DNA from: Candidatus Omnitrophota bacterium | GTDB taxonomy: Bacteria; Omnitrophota; Omnitrophia; Omnitrophales; Aquincolibacteriaceae | Length of the DNA: 42,704 bases | Direction: 5' to 3' | NCBI GenBank assembly: GCA_041651495.1 | Contig: JBAZJC010000002.1 | Location: 1-42,704 of the forward strand | Shown: piece after piece, positions 37,042 through 42,704 of the stretch | How positions within the stretch are numbered: the stretch's first letter is position 1 | Layout of the letters: each line of letters starts with the position of its first letter | The notes under the pieces: model-generated | The model's input: the letters and a program-made list of their open reading frames with translations, nothing else | The model's database searches: none | Told to the model about the DNA's origin: nothing | Program-made: the position numbers and the translations under genes

Positions 37042-37767
37042 ATGTTCAGCACACCTTTTATCAGCTTTATCACGCCAGTTTATAACGAGGAGGAGAATAT
37101 CGCAAGAATGCTTGCGAATCTCTTCGCGGTCCTCACTACCCATCCGGAATGGAACTGGGAGGTCATCCTGATCGAGGACGGAAGCAAGGACAGAACTCAA
37201 AAAGTTCTGGAAGCCGAGGTTCTGAAATATCCCAATTCCCAACTAATCATCCACAAAATAAATCAAGGCTATACCCAATCACTGAAAGACGGCCTCAAAG
37301 TCGCACGGGGACAATACCTTATGTATGTCGGGGCCGATGAAGAGTTTGATTCTTCGGAGATCCCTGATTTTGTGGAAATTCTTCGCAAAGGCGAAACTGA
37401 CGTGCTTTTGGGAGTACGCTGGCAGCGAAATGCCTATCAGCTTTTCAGGTTTTTTCTCTCCGTAGTCTATATTTTTATGCTGAATTATCTCTTCAAAATC
37501 CGCATCAACGACTACAATTGGTCTCAAGCCTGGAGCCGAAAGGTTCTCGAACGGATCAATCTGACCTCCAAATCACTTTTTGTTCTGCCCGAAATCATCA
37601 TCAAGGCTCACGATCTCGGTTTCCACATCAAAGAGATCCCCTCCAACCACCGCGGCAGGCAGGCAGGAAAATCCTCGGTCAATATAAAGATCATGGGTTT
37701 TGCCCTCTGGGAAAGTCTGAAGTTCTGGGGATACCGCCGTTCAAAGAATTACAAAGCTGGAAAGTAA
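37042..37767 (+). CDS. GT2 polyprenyl-phosphate sugar synthase (Dpm1/ArnC-like); the only plus-strand gene
   Basis: ISFITPVYNEEENIARMLANLFAVL ... WEVILIEDGSKDRTQKVL ... YLMYVGADEE ... LLGVR. Confidence 0.8.
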   Translation: MFSTPFISFITPVYNEEENIARMLANLFAVLTTHPEWNWEVILIEDGSKDRTQKVLEAEVLKYPNSQLIIHKINQGYTQSLKDGLKVARGQYLMYVGADEEFDSSEIPDFVEILRKGETDVLLGVRWQRNAYQLFRFFLSVVYIFMLNYLFKIRINDYNWSQAWSRKVLERINLTSKSLFVLPEIIIKAHDLGFHIKEIPSNHRGRQAGKSSVNIKIMGFALWESLKFWGYRRSKNYKAGK

Positions 37768-37783
37768 CCCTCGAAAAAAAAGA

Positions 37784-38335
37784 TTAATACTTCTGACGCA
37801 TGAGATCTGCACCGACGGAAAGGGCCTTTTCGTTGACGTAGATCAAATCTTTACGAAGCCCCTTAAACACTTTCCCAAGGACCGCGACTGCGCTGGCCAT
37901 TTTCACGATGCCGGTTTTCTGGATAGCCGCGCCTATCATGATCATATTCGTCACCTTTTCGTTTCCGATCTCCCGGGCGATCTGCGTTGCGGGGATCTCA
38001 ATAAGCCGACCGGTGGTCCCGTTCCGATCGATGTTAGCAACCTGGGAAGAGTCAATAAAAAAGATACCGTCGGAACGTGTTTTAGTCTTGAATTTCTCGT
38101 AGGCCGCCTGGCTTAATGCGAAGCCAAGCGTTGCTTCATCGATGATGGGACAATCGATCTCCTGATCAGAGATGATCACGAAACTGTGGGAAGCCCCTCC
38201 GCGGACCTCCACGCCGTAAGAGACCATCCCCAAAATATGACGCCCCTCCTCCAGCGCGGCATGCGCGAGAATATTCCCGGCCACGACAACTCCTTGGCCC
38301 CCAAAACCCGCAACAAAGATCTTTTCTTCCATCAT
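37784..38335 (-). CDS. 2-oxoacid:ferredoxin oxidoreductase, gamma subunit
   Basis: IFVAGFGGQGVVVAGNILAHAALEEG. The size is 183 aa, and there is a 4-nt overlap with the beta subunit gene. Confidence 0.85.
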   Translation of the reverse strand: MMEEKIFVAGFGGQGVVVAGNILAHAALEEGRHILGMVSYGVEVRGGASHSFVIISDQEIDCPIIDEATLGFALSQAAYEKFKTKTRSDGIFFIDSSQVANIDRNGTTGRLIEIPATQIAREIGNEKVTNMIMIGAAIQKTGIVKMASAVAVLGKVFKGLRKDLIYVNEKALSVGADLMRQKY

Positions 38336-39063
38336 CCGTCCACGTCCCTGAATTTTTTGATTGGAAAATAACTGGCCATCTCATTCCCCACAAACTGACA
38401 CGCTTCCTTCCCCCCCATTTTCCAATGGGTGGGACACATTGAGAGAACTTCGACGAAGGAGAACCCTTTCCTGTCGATCTGGTTTTGAAAGGCTTTGTGG
38501 ATGGCCTGTTTTGCACGCTGCATATGAGGCGCATCATGCACGGCCACACGTTCGATAAAAACAGGGCGGGCCAACGTCGTGAACATTTCACAAATCCGCA
38601 GGGGCGCTCCGGTTTCGGTCGACATCCTTCCTTCGGGAGTCGTGATGGTCTTTTGTCCGATCAAAGTGGTCGGCGCCATCTGTCCGCCCGTCATACCGTA
38701 CACCGCGTTGTTGATGAAGATCATCGTGATATTTTCGCCGCGATTAGCGCAATGAATGGTTTCCGCGAGACCGATCGAAAGAAGATCTCCATCGCCTCCA
38801 TATCCAAACACAATATTGTCGGGCCGCATCCGCTTGATCCCTGTAGCGACAGCCGGAATCCTTCCGTGCGGGCACTCGATGATATCGCAGTTAAAATAAT
38901 CATAGAGGAGTACCGCACAACCGACCGGCGCCGTCCCGATCGTCCGTTCCCGGATCCCCAACTCGTCCATCACTTCCCCGATAAGACGCTGTGTGATCGT
39001 ATGCCCGCATACAGGGCAGTAGTGCATCCGTCCGGACCTGATTGTTTTTTCTTCGGGCGTCAT
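38332..39063 (-). CDS. 2-oxoacid:ferredoxin oxidoreductase, beta (thiamine-diphosphate-binding) subunit
   Basis: YCPVCGH ... GYGGDGDLLSIGLAETIHCANRGENITMIFINNAVYGMTGGQ. There is a 4-nt overlap with the alpha subunit gene. Confidence 0.88.
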   Translation of the reverse strand: MTPEEKTIRSGRMHYCPVCGHTITQRLIGEVMDELGIRERTIGTAPVGCAVLLYDYFNCDIIECPHGRIPAVATGIKRMRPDNIVFGYGGDGDLLSIGLAETIHCANRGENITMIFINNAVYGMTGGQMAPTTLIGQKTITTPEGRMSTETGAPLRICEMFTTLARPVFIERVAVHDAPHMQRAKQAIHKAFQNQIDRKGFSFVEVLSMCPTHWKMGGKEACQFVGNEMASYFPIKKFRDVDG

Positions 39064-40133
39064 CGCTCTGCAATCTCCATGATCTTCGCCAAAAGTTCCT
39101 TAGGCTTGGGATACCAGCCACCCCCACGCCCCAAAAATTCAATCTTGGGATCAACAATCGTTGCGGGAATTCTCGAAAGACGCACATCCTCGATCATTTG
39201 CCCCTCGCTCATTTCGACCACAAGGAGCTTTCGGCAACGCGCGGCGAGCTTCCGGAGTTCCAGGGCCGGAAAGGGCCAAAGCGTGACAGGCCGGAAGAGA
39301 CCGACTTTAACGCCGGCTTCCCTGGCATGTTTGACGGCCCAGTGGGCGATCCGGGCAGGTGTTCCATAAGCGATCACGGCGATCTCCGCGTCATCGCCGA
39401 AACGCGTCTCGGAAAGCTGAAGCTCCGCCGTGATCTTTTCATACTTCGCCTTAAGTTCCATATTCTTTTCTTCCAAGGCGTCTTTTTGCTGGAGATAAAG
39501 CGTCCGGACCACGTTGGGTTTCCGTCCCGCGCAGCCCGTAAGGGCCCAGTCTTTCGCGACTGATTTCTTCTGGACGGGATCCTTCAGCTCGATCGACTCG
39601 GCCATCTGGCCCAGAATACCGTCGGCCAAGAGCATGACCGGATTGCGGTAATGGTCCCCAAGTTCAAAAGCCTGGATCGTGAGATCGTACATTTCCTGAA
39701 CCGACCATGGGGCCAAAACGATCAAACGGTAATCCCCGTGTCCTCCCCCGCGCGTCGCCTGGAAATAATCCGCTTGAGAGCCTTGGATATTACCAAGGCC
39801 GGGGCCTCCCCGCATGATATTGGCAATAAGACAAGGAATCTGCGCCGCGGCGAGGTACGAAATGGCTTCCTGCATAAGGCTGATACCGGGACTCGAGGAG
39901 GAGGTCATAGCCCTCGCCCCCGTCGAAGCAGCACCGAAGACCATATTGATCGCAGCCAGTTCGGATTCCGCCTGGACAAAACCCCCCCCGGCCTCCGGAA
40001 GATGCTTTGCCAGATATTCGCTAACCTCGTTTTGGGGGGTGATCGGATAGCCTGCGTAGAACCGACAGCCGGCCCGAATCGCGGCCTCCGACATCGCGAC
40101 ATTCCCCATCACAAGTGTTTTTTCGTGTTCCAT
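39060..40133 (-). CDS. 2-oxoacid:ferredoxin oxidoreductase, alpha subunit (KorA/VorB-like; substrate not assignable)
   Basis: GNVAMSEAAIRAGCRFYAGYPITPQNEVSEYLA ... AESELAAINMVFGAASTGARAMTSSSSPG ... GGGHGDY. GAGGA lies 9-10 nt upstream of the ATG. Confidence 0.88.
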   Translation of the reverse strand: MEHEKTLVMGNVAMSEAAIRAGCRFYAGYPITPQNEVSEYLAKHLPEAGGGFVQAESELAAINMVFGAASTGARAMTSSSSPGISLMQEAISYLAAAQIPCLIANIMRGGPGLGNIQGSQADYFQATRGGGHGDYRLIVLAPWSVQEMYDLTIQAFELGDHYRNPVMLLADGILGQMAESIELKDPVQKKSVAKDWALTGCAGRKPNVVRTLYLQQKDALEEKNMELKAKYEKITAELQLSETRFGDDAEIAVIAYGTPARIAHWAVKHAREAGVKVGLFRPVTLWPFPALELRKLAARCRKLLVVEMSEGQMIEDVRLSRIPATIVDPKIEFLGRGGGWYPKPKELLAKIMEIAER

Positions 40134-40204
40134 AAAAAAATTTCCTCGAGCCGAAAATTCAAATCATGCTGCTATTTTACGAAAAGCCCCGTTCAAAGCA
40201 ACAG

Positions 40205-41881
40205 TTACGAGCGGAGACGGTAAACGCTGATCGGATAGCCGCCCCGGTCGCGCAACAAAATATCGCTCCAGAGAAAAGGGCCCCCGGTCAATGCCTGCGG
40301 GTCATGAATCGTCAAATCTTCCCGATTTCGATAGGGTGAGAACGTTACGATCAGGTCGGCATTCTTCCGAAGGGCATGGTTAAAAAGTTCTCCTCCCGAA
40401 CCGAGCGCATCGACCACGAGAATGTATTGAATGCCTTTTTGCTTCAGCGCCTTCAGGTCAAAAGAAACACGCGGTTCTGAAAACAGGAACCCGGCGTCCT
40501 TGAGATCTTCGCTCAGAAAATAAAGTTCATAGGACGGTTGATACGATTTTGCCAACAACGCGTCAAGGCGGCGCATCTTTGCCTCCGACTGAAAACCGGA
40601 AAGCGCGCGCGATTTTTTTTCTTCGAGTTGTTGGGAAGAAAATGCGAGTCGGGGCATATAAAATCCCCCGTCCAAAGCCAGACGACTCCCGGCAGCGATG
40701 TTGGCTTCGACCCAATTCTTCGCGACCGTCCTGACATCCGGTGCTGACATCAGCCAATCCCAGTGAACCGTTTTGATAAGGGAGGGTAAAATCACAAACG
40801 GGATCAAGACCCAGAACAGAAGCCTGGATTTTATCTTGAGCCAGTCTAAAATTTCAGCCGCCAGGATCACCATGCATGGAACAAGCGGCAGGACATAGCG
40901 GTCATACGGTTGCCCAAAGCGGCAAAGAACAAGATAGTAGGCGATGACAAACACCGCAAGGGCCTGGGACCTCGTATTTTTAGACAAAAGCGCCAGGGAA
41001 ACCCCCGAGATCGCCAGAATCAGCATCGGCCAGCCCAACGCTCCGGCCAGTGAGTAGGTCAGATAGTGAAACCACGGCATTCCCCCGGAATTCGCGGCCG
41101 ATTGTTCCGCAACCTCCTTAATGAAAAAAGCATGGTCGAGGATCGAGTAAGGATTTAGCACCACAAAGACCCCCGTCGCCCCCAAGGCGGCAAGAAACCA
41201 GAACACCAGCCACTGTTTCCACGACACACAACGGAAGCATATCCAGACATAGGGAACCACGAGAAAAACGCCGTTATATTTGGTCGCCGCCGCAAGTCCA
41301 ATCACTCCCCCCGCAAGCAGGTGCCCCTTCCACGAGGAGGGACTTTCGGAGACATGAAAAAAAACAAAGAACCCAAGCAGGAGAACAAGAACGAGCGGGA
41401 TGTCGGCATAGACATAGTGAGAATCACGGACATGAAGAAAATTGACTGCGAGAAAAAAAGCCGCCCATAGGGCTGAGTGCGCATTCCCGAAACGCTTCAC
41501 AAGACGAAAAAGAACATAGACGGAAACGGTCCCCAGGAAGACACCGAAAACCAGCCGAGCGATCAGGTAAAACGACGACGGATCAAGATAAAAAAGCTGT
41601 TCAAAGTCCCGCACGGAATGGAAAAAGCCTGCGGCACAACCTGCAAGGCAATAAATCCCATAACAAATAAAAAGCAGGTAGCTGACAAGCGGGGGAATAT
41701 TAAAGAAGTGAGGATTCAGATCCCCCATCCCGAACGCCAAGGCATGGTTAACGATAATCGGTTCATCCGCGTGATAAAGAAACGGCAGACCGAACTGGAC
41801 TCCCCCTATTCGCAAAAGAATGGCGATCGTCAGAATTCCGAATAAAAGGATGGTTTCGCTGGAAAAACGGAAGGCTTTCAT
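40205..41881 (-). CDS. ArnT/PMT_2-like (GT39/GT83-type) GT-C membrane glycosyltransferase
   Basis: 558-aa polytopic ORF. The first loop, LPFLYHADEPIIVNHALAF ... NIPPLVSYLLF, shows the DE / PPL pattern. The soluble C-terminal domain ends in ...GGYPISVYRLRS. A TGATG 1-nt overlap joins it to the upstream GT2. Confidence 0.7.
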   Translation of the reverse strand: MKAFRFSSETILLFGILTIAILLRIGGVQFGLPFLYHADEPIIVNHALAFGMGDLNPHFFNIPPLVSYLLFICYGIYCLAGCAAGFFHSVRDFEQLFYLDPSSFYLIARLVFGVFLGTVSVYVLFRLVKRFGNAHSALWAAFFLAVNFLHVRDSHYVYADIPLVLVLLLGFFVFFHVSESPSSWKGHLLAGGVIGLAAATKYNGVFLVVPYVWICFRCVSWKQWLVFWFLAALGATGVFVVLNPYSILDHAFFIKEVAEQSAANSGGMPWFHYLTYSLAGALGWPMLILAISGVSLALLSKNTRSQALAVFVIAYYLVLCRFGQPYDRYVLPLVPCMVILAAEILDWLKIKSRLLFWVLIPFVILPSLIKTVHWDWLMSAPDVRTVAKNWVEANIAAGSRLALDGGFYMPRLAFSSQQLEEKKSRALSGFQSEAKMRRLDALLAKSYQPSYELYFLSEDLKDAGFLFSEPRVSFDLKALKQKGIQYILVVDALGSGGELFNHALRKNADLIVTFSPYRNREDLTIHDPQALTGGPFLWSDILLRDRGGYPISVYRLRS

Positions 41882-42588
41882 CAGGAATGGAGACGACGGA
41901 TCCTCACGACATCCCAGAACATCGCGAGAGGATCCCGTAAAACCTGGACACGGCTTTGGGCGGAATTGCGCCAGATCACGGGGAGCTCCAAGAGACGGAG
42001 CCCGAGTTCCTGGGCCAAGTACAGGATCTCCACGTCAAAACTGAATCCGTTGAGTTTTTGAAGGCCAAACAGTTTTTGGGCGGTTTCTCGGCGAAAACAC
42101 TTGAACCCACACTGCGAATCGTGAATGCCTTTTAAGGCCCACCCCCGCGCTATAAGATTGAAGATTTTTCCCATGGTCTCCCGGAGAAAATTCTGATGGA
42201 TCTCGACTCGGGAGTCCGGAAGCGCCCGGGAACCGATCACGACGTCTTGACCTTTTTCGAGATACGTCAAAAACCTCGCGACCTCCTCGATCGGCGTCGA
42301 AAGATCTGCGTCCGTAAAAAGGACGTACTCTCCGGCCGCCGCGAGCATCCCCTGCCGGACCGCATGTCCTTTCCCGCGGTTCTTCGGTGTCACCAATACC
42401 TGGTGCGGGAATCCTTGTAATAGTTCCTGTGTGACAGCAACCGTCCGGTCCTGGCTGCCGTCATCGGAAATAATGATTTCCGACCCGTAAGGTTGTCGTT
42501 TCAGGAAATCCAGCACGGCCGCGAGGGATTGCGGCAGGCGTTTCTCCTCGTTATAAGCGGGAATGACCACGGAGAGGTAAGTCGCCAT
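41881..42588 (-). CDS. GT2 polyprenyl-phosphate sugar synthase (dolichyl-phosphate glucosyl/mannosyltransferase-like)
   Basis: MATYLSVVIPAYNEEKRLPQSLAAVLDFL ... IIISDDGSQDRTVAVTQ ... YVLFTDADLS. ATG 42588 is preferred because it overlaps the upstream stop as TAATG. The ORF-track extension to 42675 would read through the upstream gene's C-terminus. Confidence 0.8.
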   Translation of the reverse strand: MATYLSVVIPAYNEEKRLPQSLAAVLDFLKRQPYGSEIIISDDGSQDRTVAVTQELLQGFPHQVLVTPKNRGKGHAVRQGMLAAAGEYVLFTDADLSTPIEEVARFLTYLEKGQDVVIGSRALPDSRVEIHQNFLRETMGKIFNLIARGWALKGIHDSQCGFKCFRRETAQKLFGLQKLNGFSFDVEILYLAQELGLRLLELPVIWRNSAQSRVQVLRDPLAMFWDVVRIRRLHS

Positions 42589-42704
42589 TATTTCTTCCTC
42601 AGCGCTTCTCTGAAATATTCGATCGTATGTTCCAGCCCTTCCTCCAGAGCGACTCGAGGGGTCCATGAAAGACACTTTTGAGCCTTGGTAATATCAGGAC
42701 GGCG
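42588..42704 (-). CDS. C-terminal 38 aa of an extended-SDR nucleotide-sugar enzyme, UDP-glucuronate decarboxylase (UXS)-like; the 5' end lies beyond the window
   Basis: Hand translation of the minus strand gives RRPDITKAQKCLSWTPRVALEEGLEHTIEYFREALRKK*. This is the typical C-terminal RxPDI-KA---LGW-P-V-LEEGL---I-YF pattern of UXS / RmlB-type SDRs. Confidence 0.55.
   Translation of the reverse strand, partial: RRPDITKAQKCLSWTPRVALEEGLEHTIEYFREALRKK

Noticed and set aside
38485-39369. 294-aa plus-strand ORF, one of the longest plus-strand ORFs in the track
   Set aside because: It lies entirely antisense to the well-supported beta and alpha oxidoreductase genes. Its product is Arg/Ser/Pro-rich and low-complexity with no motifs, which is a typical shadow ORF of GC-richer coding DNA.
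40134-40204. Search for a missing delta (2x[4Fe-4S] ferredoxin) subunit gene or a promoter upstream of the oxidoreductase alpha gene
   Set aside because: The 71-nt gap has no ORF and no convincing -35/-10 pair, only an SD (GAGGA). The upstream ORF is a GT-C protein with no Cys-cluster motif.
1-42704. Scan for CRISPR arrays, tRNA/rRNA genes, riboswitches, transposase or IS ends, and toxin-antitoxin or defence genes
   Set aside because: The non-coding gaps are too short: the largest are 151, 123 and 118 nt. None shows a tRNA-like T-arm, spaced direct repeats, or terminal inverted repeats. No ORF shows nuclease, ATPase or defence-type motifs.

Overview
This window is one nearly continuous, very gene-dense cell-surface glycan biosynthesis region from a bacterium. 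It is probably an uncultivated anaerobe, but I cannot assign a taxon from the sequence alone. I support 37 protein-coding genes, two of them truncated by the window edges. 36 are on the minus strand, and many are joined by 1-, 4- or 8-nt start/stop overlaps, so the region reads as a few very long operons.

Contents:
- Seven GT2 glycosyltransferases and one GT4. Three of the GT2s are small Dpm1/ArnC/GtrB-like polyprenyl-phosphate sugar synthases.
- Eight large polytopic membrane proteins of GT-C type: 2 DUF2079, 2 YfhO, 3 ArnT/PMT_2-like and 1 orphan.
- A Wzx/MOP flippase.
- Three unrelated SAM methyltransferases.
- A B12-binding radical-SAM enzyme.
- Four extended SDR epimerase/dehydratases.
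- A nonulosonic-acid (sialic/legionaminic-type) cassette: LegB-like dehydratase, short SDR, NeuB, NeuC, NeuA, HisF/HisH paralogs, a PP-loop N-acetyl-sugar amidotransferase and a CBS-nucleotidyltransferase.
- A small excisionase-type HTH protein with a good sigma70-like promoter and a tandem 10-bp repeat.
- A three-subunit 2-oxoacid:ferredoxin oxidoreductase operon, embedded in the cluster.

I found no rRNA, tRNA, CRISPR array, transposase or integrase.

Most interesting leads:
- The nonulosonate cassette lacks the aminotransferase and acetyltransferase and has a reductase-like SDR in their place. This predicts a 9-deoxy, 7-hydroxy, possibly 5-acetamidino nonulosonic acid.
- The density and three-fold repetition of methyltransferase + GT-C + GT-C modules is unusual.
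- A class-B radical-SAM enzyme sits inside a glycan operon.
- Two large orphan proteins are present: a 655-aa candidate nonulosonate transferase and a 566-aa GT-C-like membrane protein.

All functional calls come from motif recognition by eye. No database search was run.
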